Source of the DNA: an uncultured Acidobacteriota bacterium
Lineage (GTDB): Bacteria > Acidobacteriota > JAQAZP01
Direction: 5' to 3'
Assembly: GCA_963836075.1 (NCBI GenBank)
Contig: CAWIIB010000009.1
Location: 1,120,001 to 1,184,000 of the forward strand
DNA: 64,000 bases
Shown here: positions 18,003-27,068 of the stretch, one piece after another
Numbering within the stretch: position 1 is the stretch's first letter
How the letters are laid out: the number at the start of each line of letters is the position of its first letter
Made by a program: the position numbers and the translations under genes
The notes under the pieces: model-generated
The model's database searches: none
Told to the model about the DNA's origin: nothing
The model's input: the letters and a program-made list of their open reading frames with translations, nothing else

Positions 18003-19901
18003 TTATTCTGTTGCCTGCTTGTCGAGGATCGCCTCGATCTGGTCCATCACGTCGTTCATCACCTTCACCGTGGCCCGGTAGGGTTCGGGGGAAGTGAGGT
18101 CCACGCCGGCCTTCTTCACCAGCTCCACCGAGTAGTCGCTGCTGCCGGCCTTGAGGAAGTCCATGTAGCGTTCCAGTGCGCCTTCCTCGCCGTCGAGGAT
18201 CTTCTGCGACAGCGCGGTGGAGGCGACGAAGCTGGTGGAATACTGGTAGACGTAGAAGTTGTAGTAGAAGTGGCGGATGTAGGCCCACTCCACGTTGTAG
18301 AGCGGGTTGATGGTCATCACGCCCTCGTCGTGGCCGTGGTAGCGGCGCAGCAGCTCGCCGTAGACCTCGTTCAGCTTTTCGCCGGTGAGCGCCTCGCCCT
18401 TTTCCACCAGCTCGTGGATCTTCAGCTCGAACTCGGCGAACATGGTCTGGCGGTAGAATGTGCCGCGCAGGTTGTCGAGGTAGCTGCCCAGCAGGAAGAG
18501 CTTCTCATCGTCGCTTTTTGCCCGTTCAAGCAGGTAGGGGTTGAGCAGTGCTTCGTTGAGAGTGGAGGCGATCTCGGCGACAAAGATGGTGTAGTCGGCC
18601 GTGGGGTAGGGCTGGGTCTTGTTCGAGAAGTAGGTCTGCATGGCGTGGCCGCACTCGTGGGCCAGGGTGGAGAGGCTGTTGTAGTCGTCGACGTAGTTCA
18701 GCAGCATGTAGGGGTGGACGTCGTAGGCCGAGCCGCTCATGTAGGCCCCGCTCCGCTTGCCCTGGCTGGGATAGACGTCGATCCAGCGCGACTCGATCCC
18801 GTTGGCCAGCCCGTTGACATACTCCTCGCCCAGCGGGGCCAGCGACTCGAGCATCAGCTTCACGCCCTCGTCGTAGGGAAAGTCCATCTCCACTTCCTTC
18901 ACGATGGGCGGGTAGATGTCGTAGTAGTGGAGCTCGTCCAGGCCGAGCATCCGCTGGCGCAGCTTGAGGTAGCGGTGCAGCGTGGGCAGGCTGGCGTTCA
19001 CCTCGCGGATCAGGGTGTGGTAGACGTCGGTGGGGATGTTGCCCGCATCGAGAGCCGACTCCAGTGACGAGTTGTAGTTGCGCACCTTGGTGTAGAAGAG
19101 ATCGCGCTTTACCCCGGAGTAGAGGCTGGTGCCCAGGGTGCGGCCGAACTCGTTGAACTTGGTCCAGAAGGCGTCGAAGACGGCGATGCGGTCCTCGCGC
19201 ACCGGCGATGAGCGGTGTTTGGTGTAGGCCGACTGGTCCATCAGGACCTTCTCTCCGCTGGAGAGCTCCACCGTGGGGTAGGGCATGTCGGCGCCGACAA
19301 AGATGCCGTAGAGGTCGAAGGGGGCGCCGGAGACCAGCGACGCGGTGGCGATCACTTCCTCCTCCCCCTCGCCCAGCGTGTGCTCGCGCCGCCGCTGGAG
19401 ATCGTCGAGGAGCATCCGGTAGTCCAGAAGCGCAGGTTCCTCGGCGAGGAAGCCGTCAATTACCTTGGGGTCGAGGGCCAGGATCTCGGGATCGACAAAG
19501 GAGACCGCGGCGCCGAGGGTGGTGCCCACCTGGCCGATCTCCTGCTTCATGGCCAGCGGTCCGGCCTCGCGGGTGTCGGTGTCGGAGTTCAGGCTGGCAT
19601 AGGTGCGGATGCGGGCATACTCTTTGGAGATGTCGGAGATCAGGGCGAAGGCTTCGGCCATCACGGCCGCGGACTCGCCCAGTCGGCCCCGGTACTGGTC
19701 GATGGCCGGGATCCGTCCCTCGAGAGCCTTTTTGGCCTTGACCCATGCTTCATCGTTGGGGTAGAGGTCGTCCAGGTTCCAGGCGTATTTTTCGTCGTTC
19801 ATTGCTGCCTCGTCGGAAGCCGTCGCGGGAACCGACGGTGCGGGGAGGAAGGTGAGCAGAAGTGCCGCCAGTATCAGCGGTGTGGCGAATCGGGTGTTCA
19901 T
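18003..19901 (-). CDS. pepF: Oligoendopeptidase F (M3B) with signal peptide
   Basis: WNLDDLY, GKRSGAY, HPYMLLNY, HECGH, EIAST, YVYQY. Confidence 0.92.
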   Translation of the reverse strand: MNTRFATPLILAALLLTFLPAPSVPATASDEAAMNDEKYAWNLDDLYPNDEAWVKAKKALEGRIPAIDQYRGRLGESAAVMAEAFALISDISKEYARIRTYASLNSDTDTREAGPLAMKQEIGQVGTTLGAAVSFVDPEILALDPKVIDGFLAEEPALLDYRMLLDDLQRRREHTLGEGEEEVIATASLVSGAPFDLYGIFVGADMPYPTVELSSGEKVLMDQSAYTKHRSSPVREDRIAVFDAFWTKFNEFGRTLGTSLYSGVKRDLFYTKVRNYNSSLESALDAGNIPTDVYHTLIREVNASLPTLHRYLKLRQRMLGLDELHYYDIYPPIVKEVEMDFPYDEGVKLMLESLAPLGEEYVNGLANGIESRWIDVYPSQGKRSGAYMSGSAYDVHPYMLLNYVDDYNSLSTLAHECGHAMQTYFSNKTQPYPTADYTIFVAEIASTLNEALLNPYLLERAKSDDEKLFLLGSYLDNLRGTFYRQTMFAEFELKIHELVEKGEALTGEKLNEVYGELLRRYHGHDEGVMTINPLYNVEWAYIRHFYYNFYVYQYSTSFVASTALSQKILDGEEGALERYMDFLKAGSSDYSVELVKKAGVDLTSPEPYRATVKVMNDVMDQIEAILDKQATE

Positions 19902-20173
19902 GACGTTTTCACCTTTCGCGGAAGCGATCCCGGTGCGCGGCCGGCGTGCCCCGGCGGGGACCAGATGTTGCAAAACGAAATATCAACTTGATTTTCAGTG
20001 CCTTAGAGGCATTTGAGAAGCACATTTATACCTGCTGGATCGGGGGTTGTCAAGAAATCGCTTGCCTTGAAAGGCCCGGGAACGTACTCATGTGATATAG
20101 TAGGAATTGTTTGTTTTTGTCGAAAACGCGGTTCAAACGCGGGTAATGATCAAGGATTTACGCGGAGCGCACC

Positions 20174-21142
20174 ATGAAGCCCACCCGAAAAACTGCACTG
20201 CTGACCCTCATCTTCCTTTTTGTCGCGGGGATGACCCCGCTGTTCGCCGGATCGGTGACCATCGGCGCCGATGGCGAGCTGAGCCTCAACCGCCCATTCT
20301 GCGGCACCTGAAGCAGCAACATCAGATACCAGGTACTGGTATTGGCAAGTGAGATTCCCGAGCGCTGCGAGCTGAAGGCCATCGAGTTCTACGCCAACCA
20401 CGCGTCCTTCTACCACGGGCAGTTCGAACAGATCGAGTTCCTCGCCGGCCACATCGCCGAGGACCGGCTGAGCACCACCTTTGCCGACAACTATGTCTAT
20501 GAAACGCCTACCACGGTCTACTACCGCGGAGTCGAAGACGTAAAATTCGAGGTGGGTTTGTGGAACGAGTTCATCTTTGACACGCCCTTCATCTACAACG
20601 GCGAAGACCACCTGCTGCTGGAGTTCCGCTACAACGGCAGCAGCAGCCAGAGCATCTACAACCTCGGCTGGTTTTACGGGGGCAGCGACCGGGTGATCGA
20701 CGGCTTCCTCGGGCAGGATACCGGCTGGGCCCGGGAGATGATGCCCTCCTTCCGCCTGATCTTCAGCCCGCTGATCACCATCTCGGCCGAGATGAGCTGT
20801 TCGCCCTCGGCGGGGACGCTCCCCTTCTCCAGCGCCATGACGGTGAACCTGGTCAACAACGTCGACGACCAGGCCCGCACCGCGGCCGGCCACATCGATC
20901 TGGCCCTGGGCAACGGCGTACTGTATGGCAACTGGCGCAGCGGCTGGGTGGACCTGGCCCCCGGCGGCTGGAACCACAAGTCGTGGAACCAGCAGATCCC
21001 GGCCCATTTCTCGTTCTTCGGCAGCAGCGAGTTCCGCCTGGTGGTGCAGGACGTGACCCCGGCGCCGTACAACCAGCCGCCCTATCTCGCCTCGGGCGAC
21101 GTCAGCTCACGCGTCTGCACCTTCACCGGCGCCGTGCCGTAA
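20174..21142 (+). CDS. Putative secreted selenoprotein (CxxU, U at codon 46) with conserved C-terminal domain
   Basis: GGAG RBS; ATG 20174 is in frame with ORF 20342..21142; signal peptide; single in-frame TGA at 20309-20311 in PFCGT*SSNIRYQ; SECIS-like hairpin follows. Confidence 0.72.
20312..20345 (+). promoter_or_regulatory. Candidate bacterial SECIS element
   Basis: Perfect stem ATACCAG/CTGGTAT (20326-20342) with G-first loop GTA, 21 nt after the UGA. Confidence 0.6.
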
Positions 21143-21149
21143 TGACACA

Positions 21150-21297
21150 GGGGACGTACATAAAAAATATAACTAGTCCCTAAGCCGTTCTAATAATATG
21201 AGATATTGATTTCATTGCGGCGCCGTGCCGATCGGCGTCCGTAACTCTTTTCTATTTAGCAGGTTGGGCGCTAGTTATACTTTTTATGTACGTCCCC
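21150..21297. repeat. GGGACGTACATA-family inverted-repeat element, copy 2
   Basis: 27-bp terminal IR ggggacgtacataaaaaatataactag / ctagttatactttttatgtacgtcccc (1 mismatch) between convergent genes. Confidence 0.75.
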
Positions 21298-21307
21298 AAG
21301 CCCGAGC

Positions 21308-23014
21308 CTACTCTGTTTTTCCCACCTGGATCGAGTGGGTTACGTAGGAGACCTCCGCGGCCAGCTCGTCCTTGACCCCCACCGCCATTCTCTGGAAGCC
21401 GGAAGCCATCACCAGGTTCAGCTCGTAGGTGTAGACCTGCAGGCGGGCCTTTTCCCAGTCCGCTTCGGGGATGGTGATCGGCAACACGTGCTCCTGTACC
21501 GGCGAAAGATCCCCGTTGTCCTTGCGGGCGGCCACGGTGATCAGCACCCGGCCCTGGTGGCTGCCCCCGCGGTTGAGCAGGGTCAGTTTGCCCAGGGGGA
21601 TGCGCACCTCCACCGGGACGATGTAGTTGCCGTCCTCGTAGGGCTGGTGCTGGCCGGTCCGCAGCTCGAAGCCGAGGGCATTGTTCTGGTAGCCCAGGAC
21701 CAGCGCGGAGATGGTGCCTTCCTCCATCTGCCGTGCCGGAGTCTGATCGCGGTAGCCCTTGCGCTGGCGGACGGTGAGCCCCGGACCCTTGACCTTGACC
21801 TTGGTACGGTGGAACTGGCCGTCGCCGGCGTGGCCGGGCCGGAAGCCGAGGGAGTAGTAGCTCTTGAAGTCCGAGGCAATCCGCTCCAGGCCGCCGGCGA
21901 TGTTGTTGGTCCCGGTGATCGCCACCCCGCCGGTGTTCCCGGAGATGAACTTCAGCGAGGCCTGCATGTTGGTCGCCGTCACCGCATCGATGGTCCCGGA
22001 AAAGTCGCGCGACCGGTCCTGGGCATCGGACCCGCTCACGTTGCGCTGCCCCACGGCGTCGATGGTGTAGAGGGTCACCTGGTTGGCGTTGGCCAGCATG
22101 GTGACCTCCTCGAAGCGGCGGGTGGCGTCGAAACTCATGGAGCGCAGCATCGCGCCGCTATTGGGGGATTTCTCTTCGATGGCGTAGAACATCTCCTCGG
22201 CCGCCTTCATCGGCAGGCCGTCACTGACGTAGAGCAGCGCCTTGCGCCCCTCGATGCCGGAGAGGAAACCGAGCATCTCGTTCAGGGCGTCGAGGGAGAA
22301 CCGCAGTTCGTTGTTAATCGACTCGGCGAAGTTTTCGACCCGCGGCAGCATCCGGATACCGGTCCCGGACTCGGCGATCTCGTTCAGCAGGTCGCGGCGG
22401 TCCTGCTCGTAGAAATTTCGGTCCCCGCCCTTCTCGTCGATCTGATCGATGGTGTATATGATCCGCGCGTGGTCGGTGGTGAAGGTGTTGTCAATGATCA
22501 GCGACCGGTCGTAGGTCACCATCATCACCCGGTCGCCCTCTTCCAGCTCCACGCGGAGGAAGTTCTTCAGCGCGCTGAGCACCTTCTTGCGGTTGAAGGG
22601 GTGAATGTTGAAGTTGTCGATATAGATCACCAGGTGCAGCGGCTGCTTTTTCGGCAGCGGCGGCGCCACCTCCGGCTCCACTGCCGGCGCTTCCCCGCCC
22701 AGGGTCACCTCCCCGCCGTCCACGGCGTAGAAGTTGCTGACCGTGGTCTCCTGCCCGTCCACCACCAGCTCGAAATCGTCGCGGGTCAGACCCTTCACCG
22801 CATTGCCGTCCTTGTCGGTGACAAAGACCTCCAGCTCGATCACCCGCACCTCGATGATCTCGGTGAACAGCGGGTCGGAGAGGGCGGTCTGGCCGGTGGT
22901 CGGCGGTGCCTGCTCCTCGCCGCCAACCGGGGTCATCTCTGGGAGTTCCTGGGCCGTTGCCGGCAGGGCAGTGGCCATGAGCAGGACGAAAAGGACGGTG
23001 AGCAGTGGTTTCAT
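21308..23014 (-). CDS. Acidobacterial VWFA-related secreted protein
   Basis: Signal peptide, VFVTDKDG..VKGLTRDDF, GRKALLYVSDG, TGG, YYSLGF, VRQRKGY. Confidence 0.85.
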   Translation of the reverse strand: MKPLLTVLFVLLMATALPATAQELPEMTPVGGEEQAPPTTGQTALSDPLFTEIIEVRVIELEVFVTDKDGNAVKGLTRDDFELVVDGQETTVSNFYAVDGGEVTLGGEAPAVEPEVAPPLPKKQPLHLVIYIDNFNIHPFNRKKVLSALKNFLRVELEEGDRVMMVTYDRSLIIDNTFTTDHARIIYTIDQIDEKGGDRNFYEQDRRDLLNEIAESGTGIRMLPRVENFAESINNELRFSLDALNEMLGFLSGIEGRKALLYVSDGLPMKAAEEMFYAIEEKSPNSGAMLRSMSFDATRRFEEVTMLANANQVTLYTIDAVGQRNVSGSDAQDRSRDFSGTIDAVTATNMQASLKFISGNTGGVAITGTNNIAGGLERIASDFKSYYSLGFRPGHAGDGQFHRTKVKVKGPGLTVRQRKGYRDQTPARQMEEGTISALVLGYQNNALGFELRTGQHQPYEDGNYIVPVEVRIPLGKLTLLNRGGSHQGRVLITVAARKDNGDLSPVQEHVLPITIPEADWEKARLQVYTYELNLVMASGFQRMAVGVKDELAAEVSYVTHSIQVGKTE

Positions 23015-23113
23015 GAAACAGCCCCCAAGCTGATGGTTTACCGGTCTGTGTCAATACGACTTCGAGGTCATTTTACAACATTCGCAGCCGGGATGCAGGA
23101 GCCGGGCCGGCAC

Positions 23114-23316
23114 TCAGGGCAGCACCGGCCTGGTGCTGCGGATGGTCTGGCGGTAGAGGGGCAGATACTTCTTCACCAGCACCTGGTCCCAGGAGCAGTT
23201 GGTCCGCACGTGTTCGGCGGCCTGGACCTGGATCTTGCGCAGGGCGGTGGTGCGGGTGCGGCGGTAGGCGCGCAGCGCCCGCTCGATGGAGTCGGACCCG
23301 GAACCGAGGCCAGCAG
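23114..23316 (-). pseudogene. Duplicated, internally deleted 3' fragment of the glgA-like gene
   Basis: Matches ~25354-25529 then jumps to ~25801-25827; ends RQTIRSTRPVLP* like the intact copy. Confidence 0.9.
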
Positions 23317-23389
23317 GGGCAGATGAAGGGTGATTACGGCGTCTGCATGAAATGTACTGTGTAACAAAAGTCTTTCCCACCACCCGGCC

Positions 23390-24208
23390 ATGGTGCGGGT
23401 GCTCGATTCTGCCGGGGGGGTGCTGTGGCAGTTTCAGGCGTACGGGACACCGCGCTACGGGGTGAATGTCTGCGCCGGTGACCTGGACGGCGATGGTACC
23501 GAGGAGATCGTCACCGGCGCCGGGCCGGGCGAGGTGTACGGTCCGCATGTCCGGGGGTGGATGCTGAGCGGAAACCAGATCGTGCCCTTGGGGAACGTCA
23601 GCTTTCTTGCTTACGGCACGAACCGCTTCGGGGTCAACGTGGCCTGTGGTGATATCGATGGCGACGGGTATGAAGAGATCGTTACGGGTGCCGGTCCGGG
23701 TGCGGTCTTCGGCCCGCACGTAAGGGGCTGGAACGTGGACGGTGGCGCGGCCGTTGCGCTGCCCGGGGTGAGCTACCTGGCCTACGGCACGCCGCGCTGG
23801 GGGGTCAACGTGGCCTGCGGCGATATCGACGGTGACGGGATCGACGAGATCCTCACCGGACCTGGGCCCAGTGAGCAGTTCGGTTCCCACGTCCGGGGGT
23901 GGAACTATGATGGTGAAACATTGGTCCCGATCCCCGGGGTCAACTTCTTCGCCTTCACGGGTATCCCTCAATCCATGGGCTGCACGGTGGCCTGCGGCGA
24001 CCTGGACAACGACCACATCGATGAGATCCTCACTGTGCCTGGCCCCCATCCCGACAACCCGGCCCGCCTGAAATCATGGAACTATGATGGGGAGACCCTG
24101 ACCCAGATCGAGCGGATGAGTTTCATGGTGTTCGAAGAGGGATCGTACATGGCCGGGGCCCGGCTGGCCTTCGGGAACTTCCACCAGTCCCCGCCCTTCC
24201 TGCCGTGA
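23390..24208 (+). pseudogene. 5'-truncated FG-GAP (GPHVRGWN) C-terminal module without passenger or signal peptide
   Basis: Homology to the 54339 gene starts abruptly at HHPAMVRVLD (vs YHPALVQVLD); no RBS or signal peptide. Confidence 0.7.
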
Positions 24209-24269
24209 TCGGTCCAGGATCATTCCTGATCCCGTGCGAGTTGGCCGGTAGTCCGGACTGTTTCATGTC

Positions 24270-24299
24270 TTGCACGTTACATAGCAGATGCTATATCTT
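24270..24299 (+). promoter_or_regulatory. Sigma70-like promoter with palindromic operator
   Basis: TTGCAC...TGcTATATC overlapped by ATAGCA-ga-TGCTAT. Confidence 0.5.
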
Positions 24300-24389
24300 T
24301 GAAATGATTTTAGTCGGTTTCCAAGCGGACGTTGATTTTGGATCCCGGGGAGGCTTCAGTGGATGAATCCGACTCTCGGAGGTTGATCG

Positions 24390-24680
24390 ATGAACAGGCA
24401 GCGCGTCCTTGAGTTGCTGAGCCGCAGCAAGCAAGAGTTGCAGTCCCGTTTCGGAGTGACCCGATTGGCGCTTTTCGGCTCGACCGCCCGCGATACGGCC
24501 GCCAGCGGCAGCGACATCGATATCCTGGTGGCCTTTGACGGCCCGGCTACCTCCAAGCGCTATTTCGGCGTGCAGTTCTTTCTGGAAGACCTCTTGGGCT
24601 GCCCGGTCGATCTGGTCACCGAGAAGGCCCTGCGGCCGGAACTTCGCCCCTACATCGAACAGGAGCAGCTCAATGTCTGA
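24390..24680 (+). CDS. Minimal nucleotidyltransferase (MNT) antitoxin
   Basis: FGSTARDTAASGSDIDILV (GSx10DxD), VDLVT; GGAGG RBS. Confidence 0.92.
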   Translation: MNRQRVLELLSRSKQELQSRFGVTRLALFGSTARDTAASGSDIDILVAFDGPATSKRYFGVQFFLEDLLGCPVDLVTEKALRPELRPYIEQEQLNV

Positions 24681-25029
24681 TACCGGCAAACGCGAATGGC
24701 GTTTCTACCTCGAAGACATGATCGGCTTCGCCAAAAAGGTTCTGTCGTACACAAACGGCCTCGACCAGGCCGGTTTCGTCGCCAATGAGCTTGTTTATGA
24801 CGCCACCCTGCGAAACCTGGAGTTGATCGGCGAAACCGCTACCCGCATCCCTGACGAAGTCCGTGAGGACCATTCAGACATCCCATGGCGAATGATCATT
24901 GCCACCCGCAACCGGCTCATTCACGGCTATCTCGGTATCGATGACGACACGCTCTGGAGCATCATCCGTGATGATGTGCCCGGGCTGCTTCAACGGTTGA
25001 AGGCGATGAAGAAATCGGTGCGATCATGA
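24673..25029 (+). CDS. HEPN/DUF86 (HepT-like) RNase toxin
   Basis: YLEDM, RNLELIGE, IPW, RNRLIHGY (Rx4H); overlaps the MNT stop. Confidence 0.92.
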   Translation: MSDTGKREWRFYLEDMIGFAKKVLSYTNGLDQAGFVANELVYDATLRNLELIGETATRIPDEVREDHSDIPWRMIIATRNRLIHGYLGIDDDTLWSIIRDDVPGLLQRLKAMKKSVRS

Positions 25030-25105
25030 GATCCGGCAACATCGAGATCGTCGATCACTTTTTCACCGCCGAACCGATCAAGCGGCTGAAGAAGGGGGAC
25101 GCCCA

Positions 25106-25348
25106 ATGGCCATGATCCGCCGACCCGAGAAATTCCCGGAGACGGTGAAAGAGGTCCGGCGGCTGCTGGCACTGTCCCAGGAAGAACTCGCCCATGCCCT
25201 CGGAGTGAGCTTCTCCACGGTCAACCGCTGGGAGAACGGCAGGACCGCGCCATCGAAACTGGCGCAACGGCAGTTCGAACGGTTCTGTGAGCAGCGCAAA
25301 GTTGCGGTTTCCCTTCCCGTCGACGAAGGGAAAACAGGTTTCCCCTGA
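25106..25348 (+). CDS. XRE-family HTH regulator
   Basis: LSQEELAHALGVSFSTVNRWENG; ATG at 25106 or 25112. Confidence 0.85.
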   Translation: MAMIRRPEKFPETVKEVRRLLALSQEELAHALGVSFSTVNRWENGRTAPSKLAQRQFERFCEQRKVAVSLPVDEGKTGFP

Positions 25349-25353
25349 TGCTG

Positions 25354-27042
25354 TCAGGGCAGCACCGGCCTGGTGCTGCGGATGGTCTGGCGGTAAAGGG
25401 GGATGTACTTCTTCACCAGCACCTGGTCCCAGGAGCAGTTGGTCCGCACGTGCTCGGCGGCCTGGACCTGGATCTTGCGCAGGACGGTGGTGCGGGTGCG
25501 GCGGTAGGTCCGCAGCGCCCGCTCGATGGCCGCCAGCAGCTCCGGCGCGCCGCCGAGGTAGGAGTAGCCGAAGCGGCCGTCGATGGTCTTCACCAGGCCC
25601 CCCACCCGGTGGACGATGGGCACGTTGCCCATCAGCTGGGCAAAGTAGTCGGTGAGCCCGCACGGTTCGTAGCGCGAGGGGATGAGGCAGAAGTCACCGG
25701 CAGCGTATACCTGGTTGGCCAGGGCGCCGTTGTAGCCCAGGGCCAGGCAGACCCGCCCGGGGAAGTCCCCGGCCAGGCGGATGAAGTCCCGCTCGATATC
25801 GTCGGACCCGGAACCGAGGCCCAGCAGCTGCACCTTGTCGTCCCGCTCGAAGAGGTCGCGCAGCGCCGTGACCAGCGTGTCGTAGCCCTTCTGAAACTCC
25901 AGCCGCCCCACAAAGCTGAGCAGCGGCGTGTCCGGGGCATAGGTCGCCGCGCCGTAGAGGGTGATCCCCTCCGGGGCCTGGCCGGCGCCCAGCTGCTCCA
26001 GCAGCTTCTGCTTGCAGACCTCCTTGCCGTCGAGGTCGTTGCCTGCCGGCCAGAACGGGGCGGCGGTGCCCAGCTGCTGGTTCTCCCGCGGGTCGTAGAG
26101 CGCCGGGTCCACACCGTTGGTCACCCCGTGGAGGGTGATGCCGCGGCCGGCCAGGGCATGGCCCAGCCAACCGGTGAGCGAGTCCTGGCCGGTCTCCTGC
26201 AGCTCGCGGGCGTAGTTCTCGCTCACCGCGTTGATCGCGGTGCCGTAGAGCGCGCCGGCCAGCAGCGGGTCGAAGGAGCCGTTGAGCAGACAGCCGTTCA
26301 CCACTTCCGGCTGCACCCCGCAGACGGCGGCGGCGAAGTCCAGGTCGCCGATCTCCTGGTGGTAGCCCAGGCCGGCGTTGTGGATGGTGACCAGGGTCGG
26401 GGTGTAGCCCAGCCGGGGGGCAAAGCCGTCGGCCGAGGCCTGGGCGATGAGCGGCAGCAGGGCGGTGTGCCCGTCGTGAAGGTGGACGATGTCCGGGGCC
26501 AGGCCCAGGGTCCCGATGGCCATCAGCGTCCCCTTGACCAGCAGCACGTTCATCGGGAAGTAGTCGTAGTAGCCGGTGCCCTTGAGACGGGGGCGGCCCA
26601 GGGCCGAGGCTTCTGACCCGGTGTACTGGTAGATCCCGCGGCGGGGGATGGTGCCGTCCATCTCGTCGAGGAACTCGTAGCGCTTGGCCTGCACCAGGTA
26701 GATGGTGAGCCGGCGGGACAGGGAAAGGCTGAACACGGTCACCCGCTCGAAGCGGTCCGGCTGGTCGGGGTAGGCCATGGGCACCTTGAAGCCGGCCACC
26801 TTCTGCAGCTCGAGGTCCGAGCGCTCGATGATCTCCGGGTAGCAGGGAAGGAAGACGTCGGTGTGGATGCCGGCCACGGCCGAGGCCCGGGCCAGTCCGG
26901 CGGTGACGTCCTTGATCCCGCCGGCGCCGGCCAGCCCCTCGAACTCGCGGGAGACGTGGGCCACGCGCTTCACCGCCGGGGTTCGGCTCCCGCCGCTGGA
27001 GGACTTGCGGCGCGCCGGGGATTTTTTCCTGTTGTTGACCAT
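25354..27042 (-). CDS. glgA: Glycogen/starch synthase-like glycosyltransferase (GT5)
   Basis: PDIVHLHD, TIHN, NAVSENYARE, GRLEFQKG, PSRYEPCGL; the KTGG motif reads GAGG. Confidence 0.8.
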   Translation of the reverse strand: MVNNRKKSPARRKSSSGGSRTPAVKRVAHVSREFEGLAGAGGIKDVTAGLARASAVAGIHTDVFLPCYPEIIERSDLELQKVAGFKVPMAYPDQPDRFERVTVFSLSLSRRLTIYLVQAKRYEFLDEMDGTIPRRGIYQYTGSEASALGRPRLKGTGYYDYFPMNVLLVKGTLMAIGTLGLAPDIVHLHDGHTALLPLIAQASADGFAPRLGYTPTLVTIHNAGLGYHQEIGDLDFAAAVCGVQPEVVNGCLLNGSFDPLLAGALYGTAINAVSENYARELQETGQDSLTGWLGHALAGRGITLHGVTNGVDPALYDPRENQQLGTAAPFWPAGNDLDGKEVCKQKLLEQLGAGQAPEGITLYGAATYAPDTPLLSFVGRLEFQKGYDTLVTALRDLFERDDKVQLLGLGSGSDDIERDFIRLAGDFPGRVCLALGYNGALANQVYAAGDFCLIPSRYEPCGLTDYFAQLMGNVPIVHRVGGLVKTIDGRFGYSYLGGAPELLAAIERALRTYRRTRTTVLRKIQVQAAEHVRTNCSWDQVLVKKYIPLYRQTIRSTRPVLP

Positions 27043-27068
27043 TCGATTCCCCCCACGGGGCGGGCCGT

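Noticed and set aside
23351-23372. tactgtgtaacaaaagtc resembling an IS terminal repeat at the FG-GAP truncation point
   Set aside because: Too short, no partner repeat and no transposase
23114-24049. 311-aa minus-strand ORF ending in the GlgA C-terminus
   Set aside because: Chance fusion of the FG-GAP antisense frame with the duplicated glgA tail
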